NCBI GenBank assembly: GCA_002633005.1
Contig: NMRA01000704.1
Coordinates: 130,902-194,901 of the forward strand
Reading direction: 5' to 3'
DNA from: Phoronis australis
Taxonomy: Eukaryota > Animalia > Phoronida
Length of the DNA stretch: 64,000 nucleotides
Shown here: in pieces, positions 1 through 14,200 of the stretch
Position numbering within the stretch: position 1 is the first letter of the stretch
How the letters are laid out: each line of letters begins with the position of its first letter
Made by a program: the position numbers and the translations under genes
The notes under the pieces: model-generated
What the model saw: only the letters and a program-made list of their open reading frames with translations
Database searches by the model: none
What the model was told of the DNA's origin: nothing

Positions 1-2880
1 TGTGAATCTTGAATACTACCAGTGACCTAAATTAATATCTCTATTTGTAAACCACTGTCGGCTGGAGTTGAAACTAAATGAGGAATGAGAGCCCGCATTT
101 CGCCGTTAATTTCTATCAAAACACTTTTGTCACTTGGATTATGCAGAATAACCAGAATTCAAACAAGATAGCAAATGTAATTTCAAATGGTGTACATGTG
201 GATATGGGTATTATGCACTTATTCCATATTCAATACGGCCTCACAATACGCCGTGAAATACAGGAGACTGGAACTAAACCGTATACAATGAAAGAGACCT
301 TATTTCGCGGCCGGTGTGCAGTCTCCTTGTGAAGTAAAGTTGCGTGTAAGATGGTAAATTTGACTGGGCTCGTTCATTTGAGTTACCTAAAACACTGATC
401 CAAGGCGTTGTTCCTACGAAAGCAGTTTTACTGCTCTAAAATTATAAATTTTCAACGAAGATTTATCGCTGAAAATTCCGACGAAAGGTGATTAGGCGAC
501 TATTTTTTGGCCTCCCTAATTTTAATCTGGGTTATAATAAATAGGCCAGTTGCCTAAATAACGTCCCCAGCAAACTCAGGCAAAAAAATCTAATTCAAAT
601 CAAATGAAAACGTTTTCTTATGGATGCATAGCACATATACACTGAGAACTAAGAAATTCACAGAAAATTTCGACCTGATATCGAGTATGTGTTCTTTTAC
701 TGACACAGTCGTCTACTCGCACGGTTTCTCGACTCTCCTTCACCAAATCCTGTTGCCTGTCGAAGTCTCCAAAAATGTAAACTCCTGCGACATGTTGCTG
801 TGCTGCATTCATATTCTTAACATTTGTTGGAGATCGCTGTCTTGTCTTTTTAGTTATTCCGTGAAAGAGACAAACATCGATCGAAGAATTCTGGAGAAAC
901 CAAGCCGCTTTCTGTGGGAAGCCGGCTGATAAGGTAAATTAGTCACCAGGTAGAACGGCTTCAGCAATCAGGTTTCTCCAAACGTTAAAGGACCTTTTTG
1001 TGACAGATATACAGTACGAATAGTACTGTCAGTGTATCCGTATTATTTGAAACGTTACTACTGCTAAAGATTGACGATGGGGTCATATTAACAATGAAAT
1101 AGAAAAATACTAAAACCAACAAACACAGTGAGTGTCGCTATTTGCACTTTATGAAAGATACCTACAAGAATGCAAACTGCTGGGAAAACAATCGCACATA
1201 GGTAGTCGCTTCTCGGCTGACAAGTTGATTTGTTCGGCTGAAGCAGGCAACTGACATTCAAACAGTTGTTGTATTTCATACTCTGTGGGTGCAAAAGGCC
1301 TGTAGACGTGGTCAACAAAAAGTCCCGAACTCGAAGCAATTACATAAAGTCCCGAAACTATCATACCAATGTAAAGCGTTCGTTTTCTTCTCCATGCAAG
1401 TAGTAAAAATCGACAAAGCTGTTTCTTCATCCTGAAACTAAAGAACAATTCACGGTGCTGTTATACGACTCGAACCCGGTGCCAAGCATTTCTAAGATGT
1501 AATTTCCGCTTCTTTACAGCCAAAAACGCCATAAAGGAACTTGGCCAAGAATCAACCTTGTTAAAATTTATACCAAATGATGATTTCTCAACATGTAATC
1601 AACTGTTTTCAAAAATAATTAAATATAAGGCTCTCAAAATGATGTTTGCATTTCTCGCAGTGCACCATCATTATGATGGTCACCACCACGCCAATGAACT
1701 TTTTTATGCCAGTAAACAACACAAACGCTGTACATTCAGGACTGTTATTTACAAAATTTTATGTCTTTCGGTCGATGACACATGTTCGCTGCCCAAACTG
1801 GTGAAAATAAAGGAAATGTTTATCAAATCTGAGAGAGTCGAGAAGAAACAACGTGAACAAAAAAAACTGGTGGACAGTCATCGGTGACCAAATTTTGCAT
1901 AACCGGGAATGTGACGGGGGGGTGCACGAAATTAGCCACTGAGCATTAGTAGCATGCTGTATGTGGTGACCAACGAGCGGAGACTATGAAATCGGTATCT
2001 GGAGACTTACAAGCGACCACTAGATTTGGTGACAGAAACAGGAACCCAGTGGAACAGGCATTAGTAGAGCACATTTCTTACACTTTACCCCTCGGCGTCA
2101 TGATCCAAATTTACTACTGGCAAAAAAGCGAACCACTGACGTCGAAGCCTCAATAAGAATTTGCACAAACGTCTCCATCATAGAAAAAGTTGTACTTAAC
2201 AAAAATCCTGTGAGTGTTAGACGCTTAGGTTAATGCCAACTCGCCAAATGCGACTTAGCGAAAATGCCAGGTGGCCAAATAAAATCTGAAGTCGCCAAAA
2301 CTGAGATATATATATTAAAAATTACGCATATACACCATTCTCTAGGTACATGTATATTGCGGTATACATTACTTGAAAACCCAAGGCTGCCGGGATCGCC
2401 TCATGTCGACTATCTTATCACAACGTTTACCCGAGTTCATAATTCATTCACATGCATTTCTAAGTTATATTATTGGTTTGTTCACCCCAACTCAGTCTGT
2501 ATTCTTGAAAAGAGAACGCAGACAATAGGAAATACTGGAGGCCCGATTTTTGCTGAACAATTCCGACTCCCGCCTGTTTACTTCCTGTTGCAATTTAAGC
2601 TCGTGTTTGATATGTGTTGACTGGGGCTGGCAAATGCACCGAATTCACGAAATAACTTGAACAATTGTGAACCACAGGTGTTAAATCTCAGAAGTTTTTA
2701 GTAATTTAAAGTTCGGAAGCCATCACAAATTTTGAAGCGAATTTCGGTTGAATTAACGTCTGACCTTTGAACTCGCAGCGGCGACTTTATGGCCACTTGA
2801 GATTTTCCTAGGTACCCAAACAAAATCTGACGCCGCACTGGCGAGCTACAGGTCGCCAAATTGAGCACTGCATATGGGAT

Positions 2881-3715
2881 AGCCTTGGTACAAAGCTGTA
2901 TATAAATATACAGCCAAAACTGTATATACATGTAAATATACAGCCAAAGCTGAATATAAATATACAGCTTTGCACCAATGTGGGTAAAAAAGTGGTAAGA
3001 TAAAATCCGACACAAAGTTAGTGTCATTAAAAACTACAGTCTTCCTTGAGTAAACTAAATTATTTAACGGTGTTGGAAAAAAGGTGTCCTACCGTTATTC
3101 TGCTGCTAAAGTTGTGGAGCGATCTTAAGCAATGGCTTTAGGCGCCATGAAATATTGCGTCACCTATTGGCCAGTTTCTTTTTTCGCCGATTCTTCCATC
3201 AACTGTTGTTCTTTCACGACGTTGCGTGCACGTGACAACAAATTATCGGAATTGGTTTCACTTCATTATCAGTTTTTAGAATTTTGATACCGAAAAACCG
3301 AATTTCAGAAGAAATTTTTGTGCTGCCAAGTTATCATCATCTCTCGAGATATGTCACAAAGTTTAGGAAATGGCGCGTGCGCGTGACACGAGCGTACTGC
3401 TTTCAAACGACGACATACTTTTCATTGTTAGAAAAGGCGGAGGAAATGACGTTTATTGCATTGTTTTCCACTTACGCGCTGTAACGGGCAACGTGAGTGT
3501 CGGTTGATTCCCAGCTTTTGCATGCACCCCGTCCGGTCTTTAGATTTACATGTTGATACAAGTTTCACGGCGAGGTGACGAGCAGAACTACACTGGCTGT
3601 GTGCAATTTCGGGGTCTACGGATGAAATACACAGAGTGGTACCTAGCTGTATGTTGACGACAATCTTTATACAGCTAGCTGGCTGGCTACATATGGGATT
3701 AACTGAATATTCAAA
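2881..3715 (+). repeat. Non-autonomous interspersed repeat, family A (hairpin-ended)
   Basis: Starts agccttggtacaaagctgtata...tatacagcttt (terminal hairpin, here tandemly triplicated at ~2888-2970). Alignable by eye to 20598-21365 (+) and to 27591-27801/29680-30160 and ~10075-10255 (-). Confidence 0.8.
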
Positions 3716-4496
3716 AAGGTGTGAACATACCTGTGACGGCGAAGGACCATCATTTACGTTTCTTCGTTTCCTATTGAAAAGTATTTGATGAATTTGAGCG
3801 AATTTCAGACACAGATAGTAAGTAGAAGTATACACATAGTGTACCTATTTATCGGACGGACCCTAAATATCGGACATTTCATAAAATCTTACTTGAAGCA
3901 TAATCTGTGAATTAAACGACACCAATTTTTGTTCTGCTGAAATGAATTCAATGTCCGACACTGTCTCGTTTTTTACAGCGTTGCCTCGTTTTGATTTCAC
4001 CGAGAGAGGGTGCAATTTAAACCCCCCATTTTTTCATTTGTTTTTCAGCTCAAGTCAAACCCCGACCGCGCACGTGCGGATGTCATATCAAGAAGCCAAA
4101 GAGATACTAAAAACTGCAGTGAGTTTGCACGTGCTTTAGCCGTCTGCACTGATTCATCGAAACGACTTGGCGCCGTCATCAGATTTCATTTTAGGGATAA
4201 TTTTGTTGCGAATGGACCTGTGTTCTAGCAGCATATTTGTCAAAACACTTCAGCTGAAATTTGGCTACAAGGTGCCCGCGGCCATTACGTAGTCAGTTTT
4301 CCGCGGTGTGGCGTATGGGGAAACATGGTGTCCGATATTTAGGTTCTCTGAAGGTTTGCTAGTTGTTTTTTAAAGACCAGTCAGAACATAAATGTGGCCT
4401 TCGGTGACAAGATATAGTAACAGAACAATTCTATAAACGTAAGCCTTTATTTCAGCAAAGAATTTACAACAAACCGTAGTATTTTCAATTATATAT

Positions 4497-4610
4497 CATG
4501 CGCTCACCCAGGGGGGCTCGGGGGGCTCGAGCGAGCACCCCCATTTGGCGAAGTGGGCAAAAAGGTCCGCCTGTGAGAAAAAAAGTCCGAGAAAATGAGA
4601 CAAAACGTTC
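4497..4610 (+). repeat. Left end of TIR element family D
   Basis: catgcgctcacccagggggg...ggcaaaaaggtccgc...aaaagtccgagaaaatgagac matches the starts at 6655 and 60514 and, inverted, ~19950-20104. Confidence 0.7.
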
Positions 4611-6654
4611 GATAATTAGGTCACTTGGTTGTAGCCTATGTTTAATTCCTTACGTGTGAACTTGAGATCGCTAAAGAACATGGCAATGCATCTTATTTAA
4701 ATCAATTGAGCAAAAGACGACAACGTCCATACAAGTAATTTAATGTAATTAAAATGATTCTATCACCTCAATAGAGACACTAAACAGTTTTCACTTGCTC
4801 AGACGGCAACCGTCTCACCTTCAAATCGTAGTATGGACGTTCTAAAGAGAAAGCGACCTAGTCATTCTCGATCTAGATCAAGCAGGGCAGAATCTTTCAA
4901 GTCAAGCTGTGGTTCGATGACAGGCCTTCTCAACAAGACAGTCTCTGGTTACAGAATGACACTTGAATTTCGCCATATTTACCTACAGTGTTGCAACCAA
5001 AGAGATAAATAGATAGATACGACACGACTATATATACTCGCAAGCCAGACAGCACGTGACACGCGGTCCGCCATATTGATGATGAACGCTATCTAAACAA
5101 AAGCACGGTGACCTTATGGAAGCCGGAGAATTTTCTGAATAAAATTTGAAATTTCAAATACTAACGAGGTTTTAAAATATTGGTAACATTAGGCAATGTA
5201 AACGTTTGACCCACGCATTGCTTAAACGGTCATAAAAGCCATTGCAAAGACAAAATTCCTAATCACTGTGACTGAAATTCTCACGGGGTGCTGCTAGAGC
5301 CTGGGAGGTTTTGCCGGCTCAGTCGAAAAGACAATCACTGAAATGCATAAAGTTTAGAAACTGATATTATACAGTGATTAACCTTTTTATCGTTATAACT
5401 ATATCAGTAGTACTTATTTTTCAGTTGTTTATAAACCGACAAGACGATCAGCTGTCAAGCGGGCCGCTCTCTGGCGCTCCATTACATCACTGCATTCTCA
5501 AAGTTTTTAGTGTGGGTCTAAAAATTCTTTGACCCGATGACAGTTGATTTATTCTAACAAAAATATTTGAGGCATGCGTTCGTGTGAAACACTTTAACAC
5601 TAAGAAGAAAAAATTCATAGAAACCCATAGAAATCGATGAGCATACAAACAGCAGTAGGCATATGCGTGTACATGTGAAGCCGTGTCATTGTATGCAGCA
5701 ATTGACTAATGGAACTGTACCTGTTGAGGTACATGTGCACATTCGGAATTGAGGGCATAGGCCAGTTGGAATAAAAGTTGGGAGCAAAATTTTGCAAAAC
5801 GATAGAGTTATAGAAAATGATTGGGCGGCCGAAACCGGAGGTCGGTGTATGCATTTGTACAGACCCAATTTTCCGAAAGAAGATTGGAATTGTCTACTTC
5901 AGGTTATACCAAGGAATAATAATTACATTGATATGCAGACGTTTTTTTTCCAAAAATAAAACGCATGTAAGGGGTGCTGAGGTGTCTCAGGAAAAATTAC
6001 TTCAGTAATACACTACTTTTCTTTAACTATCTAGTATTACTTGCTCTAGTATCTAATTCTTCTTAGCTTGGTGGACTGGTAAATTTTAGAGTTTGAAACG
6101 ACATGGTCTCACAGTTCAAACAGTTGTCATAGTCTCTGTTGTAAAACAACACGAGCTACAGTTTTAAAAAGGCGTTCGCATTATTAATCTTTACCAATAT
6201 TAATTTTTACACCAATCAATGTACCCCTTTTATCAGACCATGATGTGCGGAATCTCAGATTTTTTTCTATCAATAACAAGCACACTTCAATCTGATGGTC
6301 ATCCAGAACGAGATGGACAACAAAAATGTTCACACAGAAACAACACAATAAAGTTTTGAATTATTTCAAAACATATTTATTTCAAATTATTACCATCACG
6401 CAGTAAAATCACACAATGACAGTAAAAGGGGGAACGTCTAGCTGGTACAGAGTTACTGTACCGTACTGGTACATGCACTTCACTTCAGCAAATGTCAGAT
6501 TTCAACCAACTCTGATTAAATCCCTCATATCAGTTGGATCCGACATTTACTGGCACACAACTATGTTACTAGTACATATATATTGACATCACCCCGCCAC
6601 AAAATAAATATGACAAAACTCAATGCTCATAAACTCTATTTGCCCTGTCCTACA

Positions 6655-8290
6655 CATGCGCACCCAGGGAGGGGGCGGGGGGGCTCGAATGAGCGAAGTG
6701 GCAAAAGGGTTCGCTTCAGAGAAACAAAAAGTCCGAGAAAACGAGACGAAAGTCCACTAAAAAGGCGCAAACGCGCAATTCACAGCTCTGAACGCGGTAC
6801 CCCGTTTTTAAGGAGAATGCCACCAGACTTAATTAGTCTTTTTTACCGTCTTAATCGGTCTATATTCACATCGCCTCTTTGTCGATCGACCTCACCTTGC
6901 CGAGAGGTGTCGCGTTAACCTGTGAGGAAGGTGAGAAACGACGCAGCGACGTCAGTGGTTCATCTGCAATACGTTCCGTTGCCTGTGCGTGTTCATGGCG
7001 CCTCTCTAGTATTTCTTGGTTAGTGTATTCCAGTTCGAACTGTGAAACCTAACGATCCGACACGGGAAGTATTCGTCGGATGAGCTCTTGATTAAGTCGG
7101 GATTGGCGCCGGGCGAGTTGAGTGTTCTGTTTCAAAATGAATTATTCTCACCCTAACCAATGCTTATATAAAACTGAAAGGCAGTCTGTCTCATTAGATA
7201 CAATTTGTAATGCCTTTGTAGTATTCGTGAGTGCAAATGTTGAGAAGCCAGCAATGAATAAACCACTGCGTTACCGACTTTTGATGCCGGCATTAAAGGT
7301 AAGTGACAGGGCAACGAGGCCATGTGAGCGCATGCTAATTCAGTGCTTGATGACAGAAAACTGTTGAGAAACAATTACTCGATTTTATATGCTATGGTTA
7401 CATGTTAGGGGAATCTTTATTTAAAATACAAATACATTATTCAAAACATTGTTACTGTACAGTCTTTGCCCTGACGGTCTGTGGAAGGGGACCCGACATC
7501 GCGACCCCCGACAAGTAAGTAGATTTTCAGTATCGTGGCTAATTCACATAAATAATTACGTGCACATTAATTCTTTGGCTCACTAGCTCACTATTATAGT
7601 CTTTTCGTGACTGGAGGTTTAGTTTCCAACTCAAGCTGGTTTATGTTCGTGGCAGTCCCGGCGGCCGCGGTGGGCCCTGATCGGGTTCCGAACCACTGGC
7701 CTGGATAACAAACGTTTTGAATGTTTAGAACTCAAAAAATCAAAAGTCTGAACAACACAGATCTAGATTCTCCTGCCTGTATTTCACGGAAGAATACTTA
7801 GAATTTATCCAGGCTCCGAACAGACCCCAAACTCCTGCTACGGACATTGGTAACTTGGTCTGCCGAACTTTGTAGGCTACGGTGTGTCCATATACCAATA
7901 AATCCGTAACAGCGAAGTAAAACAACACGTTTTTATAAGAACTCGGTGTATTTTTAAGGGTTTTACATCGATGTTTGATGATTTATAGGTGTTAAACTAT
8001 GAATTCAAGCAATAAGCTGACACCAGTAACCTGTGTTGTGAACTGCTGAACTGAGTGGGTGTGAAACCAACGGCGTCAATGGATAATTTCAACACATCCG
8101 TCTTCCGTCAGGTGTCAGGTAACGCAACCGAACGTGTCGTTATCGAGTAGAACTACTCGATCTAAATTGATACAAAATAGGTTGTTTTTTGGGTGGCATT
8201 CTCCTTTAAGTCCTCCGGCTTTTTTGTTAGTAAAAGGTACACATCGTCAGAAATTCGAGCCCCCCAAATTAAACGCTGGGTGCGCGTATG
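6655..8290 (+). mobile_element. Non-autonomous TIR DNA element, family D, with apparent 5-bp TSD
   Basis: Left end catgcgcacccagg, right end ctgggtgcgcgtatg; flanked by ctaca (6650-6654) and ctaca (8291-8295). Confidence 0.65.
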
Positions 8291-11200
8291 CTACATACCC
8301 AGGCATGAATACACTGTTAGTATCACAAGACCATAAACAGGACAGAAAACGAAAATTATGGTTTTCCTCAAGTAAGACAGTTGCAGATTTTAATAGCTTG
8401 CCACGCTACATAAATTTGTCCCATCTCTTGAAATCTACAGAAACAACCCATCTACGCAACAATATAACATTGTGGGGTGTAGCATTCTTAGGAATCCTGT
8501 CCTTCGATCCTGCTTTATTGCTAATAACCTAGCTATATTAATAATACTTCGAATTGGTGTCCACAGTGTAAAAATGTACAACTATTAATATTGAAGTCAC
8601 TTTTTGTGTTTCTTTGTTGCTAGAAAACAACAGATATCTTGGTCACTAAACCCTTAAAGACATGTCGGACTAAGTCAAGTAAAAGACCATGAAACATCGA
8701 CTTAAGTATGTATTCTAGGAACCACATGAAGTTAAACAATGTTGTTTCTTCGATCGGATTCTCACCCACAAAATCATTTTATTTCAGTTTCAATTTTTAA
8801 ACCTCGAAGCTATGAGTTTTTACTAAAAATCCCGTGTTATCAACATTGGTCTCTAGATACTACACAGTACACGCGCATCTGGATTAACATGGTTCATCAG
8901 CAAGATGGCGGACCACTCCGCTCAACGAAAACCACGTGACGTCAACTCTAGCGATTTATCTCATTGGCTGCAACATCCGTCAAGCAGTTCTCTGGCCACG
9001 TTTTCGCGCCATTGATGTTTCTTGTGTTATCTGTTACTGCGTTGCTTTTCATTTTTTCTCGAATGCGTTAACTGCATTCCACCTTCCAATGCCAGCAAAG
9101 TTTTACTGCTGTAGGCCTAGTGTCACGGCGGGCTATCGAAAACTAGGTCAATCCTACGATGTGTTAGTCTACTTCCGACAGAGAGGACGAGTCGAATTAG
9201 GGATGACGAAATAGAACTTTAGCGACAAAAAAGCGAGATGAGGTTTTCTCACATTTCTATTCCCTACTTACACGGAAGTGTGTCGCTAGTGTCGCGAGCT
9301 TGCGAAACCGAGGCTGGACGTTCCACTTGCATTTCCATGTCCGAGCTCAGTGAGAGTTCATGGCGGTTGTATTACCACGTTTAGCCATAGACTATAGACA
9401 ACAGATTTGTAACTCATCGCCTTTGTAGGAATCTGTGTTGCCATCATTAGACTGAAGCTCTTTTTCAAAATCCATTACGAAAACCGATGCGGTAACTGCA
9501 AATGCATGCGCTCTCATTCATTGTTTCTATCCCAACCCATTACGATTCACTCAGATTGTTAACTTCTTAGTAAATTTACTAAACAATGCGGCATAATAAA
9601 GACGAGTAGCACTATACAATCACCGAATCACTGCTTTACAATGACATTTAAAAATGTACAGCTGTAACCAGATTACGACGGACACATGGTCATTTTAACT
9701 ACACAATTCTTGGAAGGTTTCGCCAGATTAGACGACTGACCCTGAATCCAGCTAGCATTCGCTGGTGGCGACTTGGCGAGCGCCACACACAGGTACAGTG
9801 CAAATGAGTGCAAGACAAGTGAGCAACCCAAAACTTTGAATTAAAGCATCTTCAACTATTTTCCAGTTGTTTTCTGTATTTGTTTGTTAAAAATCGCCAA
9901 TAATAAATGTAACTTATATTAAATTGGCATTGTTCTTTGATTTTTATCGGTAAAACTTGTGCAACTTGTCTGTGGGCAAATTTCAACATTATCTAATACT
10001 CTCAACACGCTATCTCGGTGAATATTTAGTTAATTTAAGATCATTGAAGATGGCATTACAATACTAAGAACTTGCAACGAAATGAAACCAGTTCCGATAA
10101 TTTGTTGTGACATGTACGCAACTTTGTGGAGGAAGAACAGTTGATTGAAGAACTGGGGAAAAAAGAAACTGGCCAATAGGTGACTCAATATTTTACGGTG
10201 ATGAAAGCCAACGCAAAAGATCGCACCAAAAGTTTAGCGGCAGAATAATGGTAAAATGCCAATCGGCCATAGCCTCATAGGCCTGTCTAAAATTCCGGTA
10301 GTAAAACAACGTATCACGTAGGAATATTGATCGAAATGTTAAATTGATACATGTTGTATGAACACAAAACACTATAAAGCTATTAAGGTTCTGGGAGTGG
10401 TCTTTCGGTCTCCGGGTGTCCTGTCCGATCCCCAGGGTTCCTGTTTTAAAGGTCGGGGTTCTTGTTTTTCGGGCTAGTTAGCTTTTTTGAGGGAGCAGTA
10501 GTTTGTTTTCGACTCCTGCTCTCTGGTCTTTTAATCGCAAAATCTTATATTAAATTTGCGTCTAGGATTTCTTTTAATGACATGAATCCATTCTTTTCTC
10601 AGTTCAGCATCGCTAAGCAACGTATAAAAAGAAATGGGGTCAGTTCTTTTCTTTTTTGGTCTAGTTGTTGCTTAGTGGCACACAGCAAAACACCATGATC
10701 GGAAACGAGCGATACGCAGAGCCTCACTTTCAAGCAAGGACTTTTAAAGATGGCGTGAATGTGCAAGTAGGGAATATGGCATTATGGCGTTAAGCTGTTA
10801 CAGCACAACATGAATTCGTGTGGATGACCCAAGAATCTTGTAAATATAAGTAGAAAAAGTGAAATGCGAATAGGAAATTAACCTCACTCGTACTATTCGA
10901 ACGGGCTAACTTTGGAACAACATATATAAGAAACGTCTGATTATATTCGTATGAAACTTTTAGATACTTTGTTTTATGCACTGTTCTTCAACACGCTGTT
11001 AAAAATTGTTTTAAAATGTTCCCGTTTTGTGCGAGGGGCTATCAAAATATGTCTTATGATTTTCATGAAAAAATCTAAAACTGCCTAAAGCAAAAACGAA
11101 ATGATATTCTAGAAAATTGTAACAGGGTCTCCAAAATCTCACCCAGAACAATTATACATGTTCACTAGGTATTTTTACGGTTTGTTTGTAAAGATTTTGA

Positions 11201-14200
11201 AAATCTGTTGATCTCAAAGAATTTTTCTTTAGTTTCATATTTCAGAAAAAAGATCTGTAAACTGCTCGTCACTTCGTCAATTTTTCTCTCACAAGGCAAA
11301 GCAAATCTTCTTATTTGGTATGGCCAGACATAGACTTAGCATATTTCCCTTATATGGAAACTATGACCTTTGACATATGATCTAAACAAAACGATGTCGA
11401 TTTCAAGTATCAGCCAGTCCGACTTTGAACGCATGCGCGCATATATGTTGGAGACGAAGAAATTAAAACTACATTGAGATGAAAGAGTTTGCATGTATAT
11501 TTCGCCTGTGTTTCATAAATAGTGAATCTGACATTTTTTTCTAAAATTTTTTGCAGTAATCGAAGTGAACAACTCTAACATTAGCATCCCCAAGAAATTC
11601 ATTCGCCACGACCTGTTTAAATGGTATTGTTTCCGTCCCATGCATCTTTAATGTGCAGTTATTGACAAGGGAATGGTGGTCCACAGTTGTCAACATACAT
11701 GTTCTAAAATACAATATAAGAGAGCTCAAAGTGCGACTAGAAAGGTCATCAGAGGCTGCTAGACAGGGTATTATGTACACTAAAATTTGTGGCATAATCT
11801 GGGGTTGTATTGATGAACAGGACCACGAATGTTAAAATTAATGCTACATGTATATTGCAACTATTACGGGGAGGCAAATGAATGAATTTATCAAAAATAT
11901 TCAACATACAGTAATGCAGATATTTAAGCTTACAATTTTGTCCGTTTTGAAGGTAGGACCTTTATGAGCAATAAATTTACTTGAGGGGATGATTCGTACC
12001 AATTTCTTTTTCACTTGAAATGATATACTGTGGTCGCACATGGCAGAACATCATTGCTTAAAGGCAACAATCATTCTGCTGCAGTTAATTAATTGAAGTT
12101 GAATTTACATTGAATTAAGGTTAGCATTAATACTACACCACTTAAATTGAATTGAACGTTAACTCCATTGCATTATTAATGTATTTGGCTTGTGTTCCAT
12201 TGATTTTTGACTTGTGTGATTGTTTGAGCTCTTTGGTACGCCCAAATAAAATTTAAAATGAATATGAATTGAAGACCGTTTAGAATACTTCCTAATTAGC
12301 TTAATTTAACACACTGAATGATTTCAAAAATGACTTGAAATTTATAGTCCACCACTGTGTCGTAAAAGTACTATATGAACATCGAACACTATAATTTTGC
12401 ATCTGTTTTTATGTTATTCATCAAACATTATTTATACGTTGGAGAAATCTTCCAGATCTCAGTTTCTGCAAAGTACCGAAGCACGGTTCTTCAAAATGGG
12501 CTGAGCATAGCGCTTGGCCCCTGAAGCTGATCGCTTGCTCCGCCGTGTGATGCCATACCGACGCACGAACCTGGGAGATTTTAGGGTCTTTTGGAGATGC
12601 AAAACTGAAATATTACCTTCCGATTACCATTGTTGCATCCTTCGTACTTGCAACGTTTCACACTACTCAGTCTAACTCGGTATTTGAGACCACTCGCGTC
12701 TGGTGTAGAACAACACAACTGCGAAGACCAGATCCACTGATGAAGACACACAAAATTTAATTTTTTTAATTTTTGCGTTCAATTCTTGACTAAACTAACA
12801 CAAACTGAAGAAGAAATACTTAAATTATCGCACAAAAATTGCCGGTAATGGAATTGAAGCATTTGTGACCATGGTATGAAGGGTAAACGAATCATCAAGC
12901 GATATTCGGGAAGCACGGTTTCATATAACCAGCGGCGTTCAATTACACTAGTTTTCTTTACACGCACCCATATGTGGCGTACAGGTTGGCCTCTGATATT
13001 TTTTCAGATCTAGTTTTAGGGGGAGTTAGGTTTATATAAGCAAAAGTGACATACAAATAGCGATCAAACATTGAGAAGAGGTATACTTTTTTCACAGGGT
13101 TTTGTGAGCAACGTGAATAAGATGGTGCACGCTACTATTGGGTTACATAGTAAATGATCACAATCTGCTAATCTGTTAATTAAAATACAATGAGTTAACG
13201 ACTCATAGGCTTTTGAAATGTTATTTAATAACGGTAAAGATAATTTATTTATTTCTATTTCAGAGACATTTCCATGTAAAATTTCAACAAGTCAAGAACC
13301 AATTCAGTAGTGTGCGGAATGAAGCAGAAAATGAGACCGAAAATGATCATCAAGTTGGCCATAAAGATTGTTTTAAGCATGTTTAAGAAACACACGGTAA
13401 GATAAAAATGGGTCTCTAATGATCGAAAAGTAACGGGCGATCCTTTTTAAATCCGAGGGTAGCCTTAAGCGACTTTGACATTCCCAGTGAACACCTGAGA
13501 CGAAATGTATTGACTAAATGTGTAACACATGTTGATCAATTACTATAGAAGACATAAATTTAAATGATTTTCCTTGATATTCCATCATGACCGCAACTAG
13601 ACTTTGCAGGAAAGGAAACTATTTATTTTTCTGGTTACATCAGGAGATAATGATTTAATATAATGTCGAACTTCCTCACAAGGGCGCGCATTAGCTAAGA
13701 TTGATAAGATAAATAACTAATACAGACATAATTTGATGAACAGCTAATGATATTAGCAACTGACAGAAAATACTTGTCAAAACTGTTTACACTATAAAGT
13801 TTATCAGCAACTTCCCTAACATTGAGTTTTAACTTAGAGTGATAGACTAGTGGAATCGTCGGATGCTAGTAAGTGAACAAGGACACAGTGCCGGGGATAG
13901 AATTAGAAGAGGTCGAGTCATGATTTTGGAAGCAACCTCACCAGAGAAACTAAAGTCAAAGAGTGTAGTGCTACAGTACAATCCTTGCTACAGTGTCATA
14001 ACCGTTTATTATTTATTGAAACATGACACGCCTATCGACAAGTATATGAATTTGCACCTGACATGTTTGTACACAAAAAGAGATAATGATTCGCAACACT
14101 ATTGAAGAAAAATGTTCATTTTTTACAAATATCAGTTAGCGTACCTGAAGATTCTCTCTTGAAGTTGGAGCTGTAAGAAATCCTACGTTGTGACACTAAC

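Noticed and set aside
13264-13396. Exon-like segment with good acceptor and donor
   Set aside because: Stops in all three frames and no partner exons; at most non-coding.
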